Assembly (NCBI GenBank): GCA_030390025.1
Contig: CM059432.1
Location: 110,548,001 to 110,612,000, forward strand
DNA: 64,000 nucleotides
Direction of reading: 5' to 3'
Source: Squalus acanthias
Lineage: Eukaryota
Position numbers and translations under genes: made by a program. Under the pieces are notes generated by a model. It was not told where the DNA came from. It did no database searches and saw only the letters and a program-made list of their open reading frames with translations. Shown piece by piece: positions 12,202 through 24,837 of this stretch (position 1 is its first letter; each line of letters begins with the position of its first letter).

Positions 12202-14563
12202 GCATCCAGGAGAGCTTTTTGAGCCAGCATGTAGAAAGTCCTACAAGAGAGGGGGCGGTACTGGACCTAATTCTAGGGAATGTAGCCGGGCAAATGCTGG
12301 ATGTGTCAGTAGGAGAGCATTTTGGTGACAGTGACCATAATTCGGTGAGATTTAAGGTAGTCATGGAAAAGGACAAAGATGGACCGGAAATAAAGGTTCT
12401 AAATTGGGGGAAGGCCGATTTTAATATGATAAGGCAGGATCTGGCTAAAATGGACTGGGATCAGCTACTTGTAGGAAAATCCACATCAGAGCAATGGGAG
12501 TCTTTCAGAAAGGAAATAGAGAGAGTACAACGCCAACATGTTCCCGTAAAGGTCAAGGGTGGGACCAACAAGCCCAGGGAACCCTGGATGTCAAGGGATA
12601 TACAAGAATGGATTAGGAAAAAAGGGAGGCTTTTGGCAGATCCAAAGGACTAAAAACGGTGGAAGCCCTAGAGGAGTATAGAAAGTGCAGGGGGGTACTT
12701 AAAAAAGAAATTAGGAGAGCGAAGAGGGGGCATGAAAAAACACTGGCGGGCAAAATAAAGGAAAATCCAAGGTGTTTTATAAGTATATTAAGGGCAAGAG
12801 GATAACCAGGGAAAGAGTAGGCCCCATTAGGGACCAAAGTGGCAATCTGTGTGTAGAGCCAGAGGATGTAGGTGAGGTTTTAAATGAATATTTTGCATCT
12901 GTGTTCACTATGGAGAAGGACGATGTAGGCATAGAAATCAGGCAGGGGGATTGTGATATACTTGAACAAATTAGTATTGAGAGGGAGGAGATACTAGCGG
13001 TTTTAACGGGCTTAAAAGTGGATAAATCCCCAGGCCCAGACGAGATGTATCCCAGGCTGCTGTGTGAGGCAAGGGAGGAGATTGCAGGGGCTCTGACACA
13101 AATTTTCAGAACCTCTCTGGCCACAGGGGAGGTGCCAGAGGACTGGAGGACAGCTAACGTAGTACCATTATTCAAGAAGGGTAGTAGGGATAAACCAGGG
13201 AATTACAGGCCAGTGAGCCTAACATCAGTGGTAGGGAAATTATTGGAAAAAATTCTGAGAGGCAAGGATTAATCAAGGATAGTCAGCATGGCTTTGTCAG
13301 GGGGAGATCATGTCTAACCAATTTGATTGCATTTTTCGAGGGGGTGACTAGGTGTGTGGATGAGGGTAGTGCAGTTGATGTAGTCTACATGGACTTCAGT
13401 AAGGCTTTTGACAAAGTCCCACATGGGAGACTGGTCAAGAAGGTAAGAGCCCATGGGATCCAGGACAATTTGGCACATTGGATCCAAAATTGGCTTAGTG
13501 GCAGGAGGCAGAGGGTGATGGTCGAAGGTTGTTTTTGTGACTGGAAGCCTGTGTCCAGTGGTGTACCGCAGGGATCGGTGCTGGGTCCTTTGCTGTTTGT
13601 AGTGTACATTAATGATTTAGATATGAATGTAGGAGGTATGATCAGTAAGTTTGCAGATGACACAAAAATTGGTGGAGTGGTAAATAGCGAGGAGGGAAGC
13701 CTCAGGCTACAGGAGGATATAGATGGGTTCGTTAGATGGGCAGAACAGTGGCAAATGGAATTTAACCCTGAAAAGTGTGATGTGATGCATTTTGGGAGGA
13801 CTAATAAGGCAAGGGAATACACAATGAATGGTAGGACCCTAGGAAGGACAGAGGATCAGAGGGACCTTGGTGTTCATGTACATAGATCCCTGAAGGCAGC
13901 AGGACAGGTAGATAAGGTGGTTAAAAAGGCATATGGGATACTTGCCTTCATTAGCCGAGGCATAGAATATAAGAGCAGGGAGGTTATGATGGAGCTGTAC
14001 AAAACGCTAGTTACGTCACAGCTGGAATACTGTGTGCAGTTCTGGTCGCCACACTATAGGAAGGATGTGATTGAATTGGAGAGGAAGCAGAAGAGATTCA
14101 CCAGGATGTTACCTGGGCTGGAGCGCTTCAGCTATGAAGAGAGACTGGATAGGCTGGGGTTGTTTTCCTTAGAGCAGAGAAGGCTGATTGAGGTGTACAA
14201 AATTATGAGGGGCATAGATAGGGTAGATAGAAAGGAACTTTTCCCCTTAGTAAAGGGGTCAATAACCAGGGGCCATAGTTTCAAGATAAGGGGCTGGAGG
14301 TTTAGAGGGGATTTGAGGGAAAACTTTTTCACCCAGAGGGTGGTTGGAATCTGGAACTGATTGCCTGAAAGGGTGGTAGAGGCAGGAACCCTCACAGCAT
14401 TCAAGAAGCATTTAGATGAGCACTTGAAACGCCATAGCATACAAGGCTACGGACCAAGTGCTGGAAAATGGGATTAGAATAGATAGGGCTTGATGGCCAG
14501 CACGGACACGATGGGCTGAAGGGCCTCTTTCTGTGCTGTGCAACTCTATGACTCTATGACTCT
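12202..14563 (+). mobile_element. 5'-truncated CR1 (second subfamily) inserted in ORF1 of the host CR1
   Basis: ORFs 12189..12653, 12772..13272 and 13323..14360 cover the APE C-terminus to RT (FADD); (ACTCTATG)n tail; AGGGT at 12197-12201 and 14564-14568. Confidence 0.92.
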
Positions 14564-15099
14564 AGGGTAAAGGACATCTCCTCCGGGCTGGAGAAGAACT
14601 TGGGAGTAGGAGGGGGAAGATCCAGCTGTCATGGTCCACGTAGGTACCAACGACACAGGTAGGGCAAAGAAAGAAGTTCTGCTGAAAGAGTTTGAGCAGC
14701 TAGGGACTAAATTAAAAAGCAGAACCATAAAGGTCATAATCTCTGGATTATTACCGGGGCCACGAGCAAATTGGCATAGGGTCAATAGGATCAGGGAAAT
14801 GAATGCGTGGTTCAAAGATTGGTGTGGGAGAAGTGGGTTTCGATTCGTGGGGCACTGGCACTAGTACTGGGGAAAGAGAGAGCTGTTCTGTTGGGGCGGA
14901 CTACACCTGAACCATGCTGGGACCAGAGTTCCAGCACATCGAATAACTAGGGAGGTAGATAGGGCTTTAAACTAAATAAGGCAGGGGAGGGTCCCGGTGG
15001 AGAGAAATCTAGAATGCTAAAGAGAAAAGACAAGGAAGCAGTGCAGGAAAGTGATTGGGGTAAGGATAACCAGATTGTGTCAGGAAGGGACAGAGCATA

Positions 15100-15322
15100 C
15101 AAACATAGAAACATAGAAACATAGAAACTAGGAGCAGGAGTAGGCCATTCGGCCCGTCGAGCCTGCTCCGCCATTCAATACGATCATGGCTGATCATCCA
15201 AATCCAGTACCCTGTCCCTGCTTTCTCACACAGAATCCCCATAGAGCCTGCACTGACACATATCCCACCCTATCCCCGTAACCCCACGTATTTAATTCCC
15301 CCTAACATATCCCATCCTATCC
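15100..15322 (-). mobile_element. CR1 3' UTR stub inserted antisense in the inter-ORF region
   Basis: (acatagaa)3 followed by ctaggagcaggagtaggccattcggccc...gatcatggctgatc. Confidence 0.85.
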
Positions 15323-15407
15323 ACAAAGGAGTGCACTAACAAATAGGGTCCGGGTAAGAAAAAATGTTAATAAGACAAATAGGGCCATAGTACAAATTTT
15401 TTTTAAG

Positions 15408-18400
15408 ATGTCTCAAAATCTTAAAAAGACAAATCTAAAGGCACTGTATCTGAATGCACAAAGCATTCGTAATAAGGTAGACGAATTAACAGCGCAAATA
15501 GATGTAAACGGATACGATATAATTGCGATTACGGAGACATGGCTGCAGGGTGACCAAGGCTGGGAGCTGAATATCCAAGGATATTCGATATTTAGGAAGG
15601 ACAGGCGAAAAGGAAAAGGAGGTGGGGTGGTGTTGTTAGTAAAGGATGAAATCAGAACAATAGTGGGAAAGGATATTGGCTCAGAAAATAAAGATGTAAA
15701 ATCAGTCTGGCTGGAGCTAAGAAGCACCAAGGGGCAGTAAACATTGGTGGGAGTTATCAAACAGTAGTGGTAATGTAGGGGATGGCATCAAACAGGAAAT
15801 TAGAGATGCATGTAACAAGGGTACTATAGTAATCATGGATGACTTTAATCTACATATAGACTGGCCAAACCAAATTAGCAATAATACTGTGGAGGATGAA
15901 TTCCTGGAGTGTGTACGAGATGGTTTTTTAGACCAGTACGTTGAGGAGCCAACTAGGGAACAGGCTATCCTAGATTGGGTATTGTGCAATGAGAAGGGGT
16001 TAATTAATAATCTTGTTGTGCGGGGTCCTTTAGGGAAGAGTGACCATAACATGATAGAATTCTTCATTAAGATGGAAAGTGAAGAAGTCCAATCCGAAAC
16101 TAGGGTCCTAAATCTAAACAAAGGAAACTACGAAGGTATGAGGAGTGAGTTGGCTGTGATAGATTGGGGAGCTTCATTAAAAGGCATGATGGTGGATAGG
16201 CAATGGCTAACATTTAAGGAACGAATGCATGAATTCCAACAGTTATACATTCCTTTCTGGCGCAAAAACACAAAAGGAAAAGTTGCCCAACCATGGCTAA
16301 CAAAAGAAATTAAGGATAGTATTAAATCCAAAGAGGAGTCATATAAAGTTGCCAAAAAAAGTAGCAAGCCTGAGGATTGGGAGCAGTTTAGAGTTCAGCA
16401 AAAAAGGACCAAGAGATTAATTAAGAGGGGAAAAATTAGTGAAGACAAATGTAGGTCCCTTACAGTCAGAAACAGGAGAATTTATAATGGGGAACAAGGA
16501 AATGGCAGAGCAATTAAACAAATACTTTGGTTCTGTCTTCACGGAAGAGGACACAAATAACTTCCCAGATCCACGGGTCTAGTGAGAAGGAGGAATTAAA
16601 GGAAAGTTGCAAGCCTGAGGATTGGAAGTAGTTTAGAATTCAGCAAAAAAGGACCAAGTGATTGATTAAGAGGGGAAAAATAGAGTATGAGAGTAAACTT
16701 GCAAGGAACATAAAAGCGGACTGTAAAAGCTTCTACAAGTATGTAAAACGAAAAAGATTAGTGAAGACAAATGTAGGTCCCTTACAGGCTGAGACAGGAG
16801 AAATTATAATGGGGAATAAGGAAATGGCAGAGCAATTAAACAAATACTTTGGTTCTGTCTTCACGGAAGAGGACACAAATAACTTCCCAGAAATGCTTGG
16901 GAACCAAGGGCCTAGTGAGAAGGAGGAATTAAAGGAAATTAGTATTAGTAAAAAAATAGTGCTGGAGAAATTAATGGGACTGAAAGCCGATAAATCCCCA
17001 GGGCCTGATAATCTGCATCCCAGAGTACTAAAAGAGGTAGCCATGGAAATAGTGGATGCATTGGTTGTCATCTTCCAAAATTCTATAGATTATGGAACAG
17101 TTCCTGCAGATTGAAGGGTGGCAAATGTAACCCCACTATTTAAAAAAGGAGGGAGAGAGAAAACAGGGAACTACAGACCGGTTAGCCTAACATCAGTAGT
17201 AGGGAAAATGCTAGAGTCTATTATAAAGGATGTGATAACAGGACACTTAGAAAATATCAACGGGATTAGACAAAGTCAACATGGATTTATGAAAGGGAAA
17301 TCGTGTTTGACAAACCTACTGGAGTTTTTTGAGGATGTAACTGGTAGAATAGATACGGGAGAACCAGTGGATGTGGTGTGTTTGGATTTTCAGAAGGCCT
17401 TTGATAAAGTCCCACATAAGAGGTTAGTGTGCAAAATTAAAGCACATGGGAATAGGGGTAATATACTGGCATGGATTGAAAATTGGTTAACAGACAGGAA
17501 ACAGAGAGTAAGAATAAATGGGTCTTTTTCGGGGTGGCAGGCGGTGACTAGTGGGGTACCGCAGGGATCAGTGCTTGGGCCCCAGCTATTCACAATATAT
17601 ATCAATGATTTGGATGAGGGAACCAAATGTAATATTTCCAAGTTTGCTGACGACACAAAACTAGGTGGGATTGTGAGTTGTGAGGAGGATGCAAAGAGGC
17701 TTCAAGGCGATTTAGACACATTTTGTGAGTGGGCAAATACATGGCAGATGCAGTATAATGTGGATAAATGTGAAGTTATCCACTTCGGTAGGAAAAACAG
17801 AAAGGTAGAGTATTATTTAAATGGTGATAGATTGGGGAATGTTGATGTACAGAGGGACCTGGGTGTCCTTGTACACCAGTCACTGAAAGCAAACATGCGG
17901 GTGCAGCAATCAGTTAGGAAGGCAAATGGTATGTTGGTCTTCATTGCAAGAGGATTTGAGTACAGGAGCAAGGATGTCTTACTACAATTACACAGGGCCT
18001 TGGTAAGACCACACCTGGAGTACTGTGTGCAGTTTTGGTCTCCTTACCTAAGAAAGGTTATACTTGCCATAGAGGGAGTGCAGCAAAGGTTCACCAGACT
18101 GATTCCTGGGATGGCAGGACTGTCGTATGAGGAGAGATTGGGTCGATTAGGCCTGTATTCACTAGAGTTTAGAAGAATGAGAGGGGATCTCATTGAAATG
18201 TATAAAATTCTGACAGGGCTAGACAGACTGGATGCAGGGAGGATGTTTCCCCTGGCTGGGGGTTCTAGAACGAGGGGTCACAGTCTCAGGATACGGGGTA
18301 GGACATTTAGGACTGAGATGAGGAGAAATTTCTTCACTCAGAGGGTGGTGAACCTGTGGAATTCTCTACCACAGAAGGCTGTGGAGGCCAAGTCACTGAA

Positions 18401-18482
18401 TATATTTAAGAAGGAGATAGATAGATTTCTAGACACAAAAGGCATCAAGGGGTATGGGGAGAGAGCGGGAATATGGTATTGA
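15408..18482 (+). pseudogene. CR1 ORF2 (apurinic endonuclease plus reverse transcriptase), broken by stops and frameshifts
   Basis: ORF pieces 15408..15740, 15835..16560, 16662..17114 and 17118..18482; in-frame TGA at 17112-17114 where W is expected (PAD*RVANV). Confidence 0.92.
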
Positions 18483-18577
18483 GATAGAGGATCAGCCACG
18501 ATCATATTGAATGGCGGAGCAGGCTCGAAGGGCCGAATGGCCTACTCCTGCTCCTATTTTTCTATGTTTCTATTCAT

Positions 18578-18682
18578 ACCGCACAGAAGGAGGCCATTCA
18601 GCCCATTGTGCCTGTGCCGGCTCTTTGGTAGAGCTATCCAATTCGTCCCACTCCCCTGCTCTTTCCCCATAGCCCTGCAAAG
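18578..18682 (-). mobile_element. CR1-type 3' UTR stub of another subfamily
   Basis: gcacagaaggaggccattcagcccattgtgcctgtgccggc resembles the reverse complement of the tail at 14495-14540. Confidence 0.6.
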
Positions 18683-21600
18683 TCTTAGTGAATCTTTTCA
18701 CTCACTGTTAATGCCCACATGGTCCGGTTATTTGTGATAGCAAAATTGTTTTGCCCTCAGTAGCTCAGAGGAGAATCTTGCACTAAATCAACAGGAGCTG
18801 GCTTGTTTATACTGCTCCCCTGGCAATCTGCCAGGACATTATTTTACGTACATTCTGCTCCAATGTTTTCCTGCAACCATCAGCATCTCCACAGCCTCAG
18901 AACAATGATTTGTTTTATTAAAGCCAGTGACATGTACACACTCACAGTACACAAATCAACCTGACCGGCTCCCTGGCTCGTAGTTGCAGAATGGCACTAC
19001 AATAACCATCATTTTAAATTTATCAAGTAGCAACAAAGTCGATAGCAAAAAGAACCACATTAAAATTGCATCCCAGGATAGCTGATATATGCCTAGTGGA
19101 TAGAATTGAGTGTCCAATCAAATCCACTGCTATGCAAAGCTAAAGAATAATTTGGACTGTCCAGCAATGCCCTTAGCCTTTGGCTTCTGGCATACGGCAA
19201 AATCTGTTCTACAACCCATGAGGCAAATGCCATCACTGAAGTCACAGTGGGGTTGGGGAGAAAAGAGATTGCACCATTGTGGGGAAGGGAAGGGTCTGTT
19301 CATATGACTGGGGAGAACAGAATCATCTGGTTGTATCTTGAGGGTAAGGGAAAAGTGAGAAGGAAAGAGTGAGATCTAGTCACAGGGAGGTTGAGTTCTA
19401 GTCTGCATCTTTCAAGAAATAGGATGTGGGTGCATCATAAACTTGTATCAATATATGGTGACTGTTTCTTTTTTATGCTGCTATTTCTATTTAACATTGG
19501 GAAGTCTGTACATATCTTCACTGCAAGGAGAGAGGGAGGCATCAGGGCGGCAGATCCAGAGCATTGCGTATACCTCAGAGTGTCTTGTTATCAAGTGGCA
19601 GTGGACTGGAATCATGCCATCAATGCACCCTCTCAGTTAGGGAATGTAAGAGTAAGGAGAAAATTATTTAAAAATAATTACACATAATTAGCTTTGGAGT
19701 AGTAAATGTCACTGCAGCTTTCACATTTTCTATCACCTCGCCCCTGATATTTTCCTCTCTTCATTTGTTTCAATGAATTCATAAATGCGTTGTTTAGAAA
19801 CATATTCCACGATTTGTTAAAACCAATGCATATCAGAAAACAACTGGAAACATGTTTTCTCTTAATTTCTAATGCTAAATGAAATAACAAGAGCTGTGAC
19901 ATCCACAGAATTGTAGGATTTCCAAATTCACAATATGTTCTAAGAAAAGTAATAGTTAAGTCGGTTAAAGTTGGTTAAAACTCCCAAACAGCTGGGCAGC
20001 CATATTTGATAATCAGTAAATAGGAAGCAGTAAAGAATCTGAAATAGCACTGGGAATGTAAAGCCAGACGTTTACTCAGCAAAAAATGACTGTTGAATGA
20101 GGTGTTATGAAGAGAAGGAAAGTCAGCTTTGCAGGCCAGATGCTGCGAGCAATAGTGCAAGGAATCAGGCAGAGGAGGCCCAGGCAGAGGAGGCCCATCA
20201 TTTATGGGCCTGACACCCCTTTCCCACAAGCATCTGGCGCATCAGGTGTGGGAGGAGCTGGTTAAAAGCTGGCAGCACTGGTCACCCAGCACAGTCCTAG
20301 ACGTGGCTGGCTCACTGCCAAATAAAGGGAGCATGAAGGATGATAATGGCTTGCAGATAAAGGGAAAAGTTTGAAGGACATGGATGGGAACGATGGGAAG
20401 AGGGAAGGAGGCAGAAGGTGGAAGCAGTGCTTTAGGGAGGAAGAGGGAAGAAGCTGGGAGCACAGCTTTGGAGTGGGGAGGAAGATTAACTGAAGGGGCA
20501 ACAAGGACTGGGGATGTGGGATTGAAAGTACCAGTTTGAACTGAGGGGGAGGAAAGTGTAACAGCATGAACTGGAGGGATTGGGGGAAGTGCTGGCATGA
20601 AACGAGGCGGGAGAAGGATGCCAGCCTGAATGTGCGGGGGTTTGGGGGTGGGGGACAAGATGGAAGAAAAGTACCAGCTGGAACTAGGTTGGAGAGGAAG
20701 AAGGGTGTCAAATTGATTTGAGGGGGTAGAGAGCAGAGTGTCTGCTTGAAGGGGGGTGGGATGGAAAAGGAGTGGCAGGTTAAATTGAGGGGAGAATAGA
20801 AACAGAGTGCAGTATGAACCGGAAGGGTTGGAGAAGGATTGAGTTTCTTTATAAAAGGATGGTGTGTGGGTTGGGGTACAGTGCGTCTCTGTGAACTAGG
20901 ACAGGGGGATTGAATGTGGAGGAGTGACTTTCGAGATAACTTTTGGGACGTGATGGTCCGGTTGATCTATTGAAAATCCAAATGTCACTGTTTTTTTCCT
21001 TTTTAAAATTAAAAATCTATCGTGTAGTGTAACGTTCTTAAAACCATCCACAATGTATCATTTTTAATGTAAAAAATGTAAATTTTCCTGGGAACTGCCT
21101 GTGGATCCTCCTAAAAATGAACCACCAATTTTGTGCCATCAACATTTGGATTTTCCCTTCATGCTTTCATGTACTTACGTTTTTTTCCTCTCCGATATGA
21201 GAGAAGTAATGTTGGGTATACCTACAGCTTAAGGTACAATGTCTGTGAACTACTTGGTTTCATATTTCATAAGCTTTTACTCTGAACTGTTTTTGAATTG
21301 TCAGCTTTTAGGGATTTGGCCAACTTTGTTGAAGCTGTTGGTCTGTTTTTGCTGCTTTGCTCGGTTGGTTTGAACATTGACCTTGAAATGAAAACTCCAA
21401 CTTTCTCTCAGCAGCCTCTGCTGTGACAGCAGTTACACCCGAATGAGATGAATGCATCACAACAATGCTGCTTCTCCCTGAAGGACCCAAACTGCCATCA
21501 TAAATGATCGAACGCACAAAATGAGAGCATTAATGCTTATACTTAGAGCAATTTTAACTTGAGGATGAACTGTACTTCCAATATTGCTGCCACTATCACA

Positions 21601-22451
21601 CAACAGCTGCAGACATAACGTTGACTCAGCACTGTTTTAAATTTGTTTCACACACAAGGGTATCATGGTGGGAAGCAAAGGATAACAGTTTACTTCAAGA
21701 AATCATGTGATTTGACTGAAAGAAGTAGTGTAGTACGTGAATTAATCAGTGGAATTTATCTCACGGAACGTTACAGGGGAATATTGTACTTTATAACTTT
21801 CACTTTTCTTTTTCAGTAGCTGAGCAGAAGGAAGAGTGGAATTGGGCAGCTACTTTGCCATCGTGGCCCCTTATTTTTCCCTGTCACACTTTCACAGCAG
21901 GCTTATTCCAAGCACAAACAACACCTGACAGCTGGTGGTGTTATGACGCAGAGTTTTAAAAATATAAAGTTTCAGCTTTTCAAAACATTAGCTTCAAACT
22001 CCTGTCAACTAGAAAAGGAGGGCAACTGATTTTCCAGACTGTTTTCTTCAAGCTAATTGAACAAAAACACCTAAATCTTGATGACTATTTTTCTGCGCCT
22101 TATGGTAAGGGTTGACAGTGAGGGGAATGCATTATCTTCTGCTTTTTGGACCCAGTATCAGCATCAATGCAAGTTTGGTTAATTCAAAAGACTCTAACTT
22201 CACAGTGCTTATATTGTAATTATCAATAGCAGCTACATTGCCCCTTTTCTGCTGATTCGGTTCCCATTGCCAATTTTAGTTGGCTCTTGAAGTACAGTTT
22301 TGTCATCACCTGGTGGTGGGTTAAGATGGCCGAAATTCTTTACATCGAGTTCTCCAGCCAGGAAAGAGGTGTATGAGTGCCTCCTGAGCACCTTTTGAGC
22401 ACCTCCATCAGATTTGAGTTCTGCTGCAACTTTCAATTTTTCTATCAGGTG

Positions 22452-22861
22452 AAATTAGGCCTCAGCTAGAGTACTGCGTGCAGTTCTGGTCACCACATTA
22501 CAGGAAAGATGTAATTGCACTAGAGAGGGTACAGAGGAGATTTACAAGGATGTTGCTGGGAGTAGAGAATCTTGGCTATGAGGAAAGACTGGATAGGCTG
22601 GGTTGGTTTTCCATGGAACAGAGGAGGTTGAGGGGAGACCTTATTGAGGTGTATAAAATTATGAGGGGCATAGATAAAGTGGATAGAAAGGACCCATTTC
22701 CCTTAGCAGAGGGGTCAAAAACCAGGGGGCACAGATTTAAAGTAATTGGGGGAGGTTTAGAGGGGATTTGAGGGAAATTTCTTCACCCAGAGGGTTGTGG
22801 GGGTCTGGAACTTGCTGTCTGAAAGGGTGGTAGAGGCAGGAACCTGAACCACATTTAAAAA
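22452..22861 (+). mobile_element. CR1 ORF2 C-terminal fragment
   Basis: [31 protein letters not shown]...RRLRGDLIEVYKIM. Confidence 0.92.
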
Positions 22862-24517
22862 GTGAGAGCACGCAAGGAGGTCCTCTTCCCTGGTGATGGG
22901 AGGAAGAGGCCAGCCGTTGAAACAAAGAGGGCATGGCTGGAGATCGCCCACGAAGCGAGCAGCAGGGGTGTTGTGAGCCGCTCCTGGATCCAGTGTAGGA
23001 AACGATTTAATCACCTCATGAGGTCAGGAAAGGTGAGTACAATGCCACATTCAACTACATCCTGATGAGCATGTCACCCCCAACCCCATCACTCTGCCTT
23101 CCCAAGCCTCCTACTGCACCTCACTCCTCACACCAACCTACTTTGCAGGTGCACCTACTCACATCCCCATCTGACTAACCACCCCTCACACTCACACTCA
23201 TCCTCATCCTAATGCAATCATAGCAAGTAGCGCCACAGGAGGCCGCCATTTGGCAATGTCACGCCACTCCCTCATAGTCACCCTCTACAGATGTAACCCA
23301 TCCATTCCTTACACTCATTCCATCACTCTCACTCAAAGTTCTCTTGTTTCCCTCCTTGCGGAAGGGAGCGCACAACAGGGAGAGACAGAGAACTGGAGGT
23401 GGATTGACCCCAGCAGAGGAGGAGGCGCTGGAAATAAGCAGAGTTCCAGAGCTACTGGCGGTGGGAGACGGAGAGATGGGAACGTCTTAGCAACCTGGTG
23501 ACAGAATTACATCTCATACAGCCACATGGCATACAACAGTCAGTCATGGTGACTAATGTCAGCAGCCAGTGAAATGTCATCATGTGCATAATGGCAACTT
23601 AACCCATTCCTATCATAAGACTTCTAATTCATCTCTTTACTCTCCCACAGGTCCATCAAGTGCCCCCACCCCCAACTGTCCAGCCGGAGGAGGAAGACGA
23701 CTCCTCAGAGGAAGCTCCAGTCTCTGAGGGTGCATTGTCAGCAGACCCAAGCGCACCCAGCACCAGCGCAGATACGCACATCTTGGTGGGTCCTGTAAGA
23801 GAGAAAGTACTGTTGTCACCTGGTGTCTCACACATCACAATGAGCAGGATGCAGATGGTGAACCTTGGGGACTGTCGACAAAGAGGATGATCTTGGAGGA
23901 GCGGGAGGCTCTGGCAGCTTTTCCAGCCACGATATGCGCGATTGTTGGGAGAATGGAGGAGTCCATCTCCACCAAGAGCACCACCATGTCGCAGGCAATG
24001 GCGACGATGTGCTGTTCCATGGAAAGGATGGCCACCTGCATGGAGCAGCAAATGGACCAGTCACATGAGCACATGCTAGCTGTGGACAACAGATGGCAGA
24101 CGCTCATAGACCTCATCTCTAGGGAGGGATCTAAATGTAGACTTGGGCGTTCATGGCCCCACTGCTGTGCAGCAAAGTGCTCTCCAGCTCCTTGCTAGCA
24201 GGGAAGTGCGAGTGGCCCATGAGAGGGATGATGGTGAGAGGGGACATGGAAGTGGGGCTCTTCTCAAAGCACTCCCACTTCTCCCCTGTTGCCTCCCCCT
24301 CAGTCAGAGCCCCACATGCTGCCTCGGATCCCGATGGCCTAGTCTGCCCCTGCACAGGCGCAGGAGGAGCAGACTTAGGCGGGACCCTCACAGGATCGTA
24401 AACCCAGAGGACATCTGCCAAAAGTGTCTAAGCAGTCAGAGCAGGGAAGTGAGCAGCCTACCTCTACCTCTGCTGAAGCCACAGGGGTTGCACCTCATAG
24501 AAGCACTAGGAAAATAA
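22862..24517 (+). pseudogene. Harbinger Myb/SANT-like (trihelix) accessory gene, spliced, decayed
   Basis: RKEVLFPGDGRKRP...AWLEIAHE...RSWIQCRKRFNHLMRSGK, donor AAG|GTGAGT at 23033; exon 2 remnant about 23360-23497 (AHN..RQRTGGG-like); acceptor ctctcccacag at 23650; acidic and coiled-coil-like C-terminal exon with frameshifts. Confidence 0.8.
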
Positions 24518-24837
24518 AAATGACACAAAAATTGATGCATAAGGGTATGCACATGGTTGTTTTCCAAGATGTTACATTGTTAGGTTTCAGTTCTATTTAT
24601 AACCCACATAAATTTATTTCTTTGCAGCACTTTCCTGTCTTGTCCATTTTTGCCTGCTACCTGGGAAGAGGCCTTGTCAGTTGGAGTGAATGGTGAGACA
24701 TTACTTAACCTAGAGCACTGGAGTGTGTGTATGACAGGAATGGTTTGGTCTTTTTAGGACTGCTTTGTGGTGTTGGGGGGGTGGGGGGGCGGAATTTGTT
24801 TCAGCGTCTGGGTGCCATATGGGTGCACTGGTGCAAC

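Larger units (their letters stand above)
11975..18575 (+). mobile_element. Near full-length CR1 (partial ORF1 esterase plus ORF2 APE-RT), disrupted and containing nested insertions
   Basis: ORF1: VVVGDSIVRG (11980..12197), resuming at 14564 with VHVGTNDTG...GLHLN. ORF2: LYLNAQSIRNK, IAITETWL, SDHN, KSPGPD, NYRPVSLTS, GVPQGSVLGP, KFADDTK. Ends in a TTTCTATG tail. Confidence 0.93.

Noticed and set aside
12777..17656. Antisense ORFs over CR1 ORF2
   Set aside because: Shadow ORFs commonly seen opposite CR1 RT coding sequence
19520..19650. Possible exon ending at AAT|GTAAGA
   Set aside because: Weak acceptor and no recognisable product in any frame
20150..20940. G/A-rich tract with Pro/Ser-rich antisense ORFs
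   Set aside because: Low-complexity purine-rich sequence without clear periodicity or protein motif
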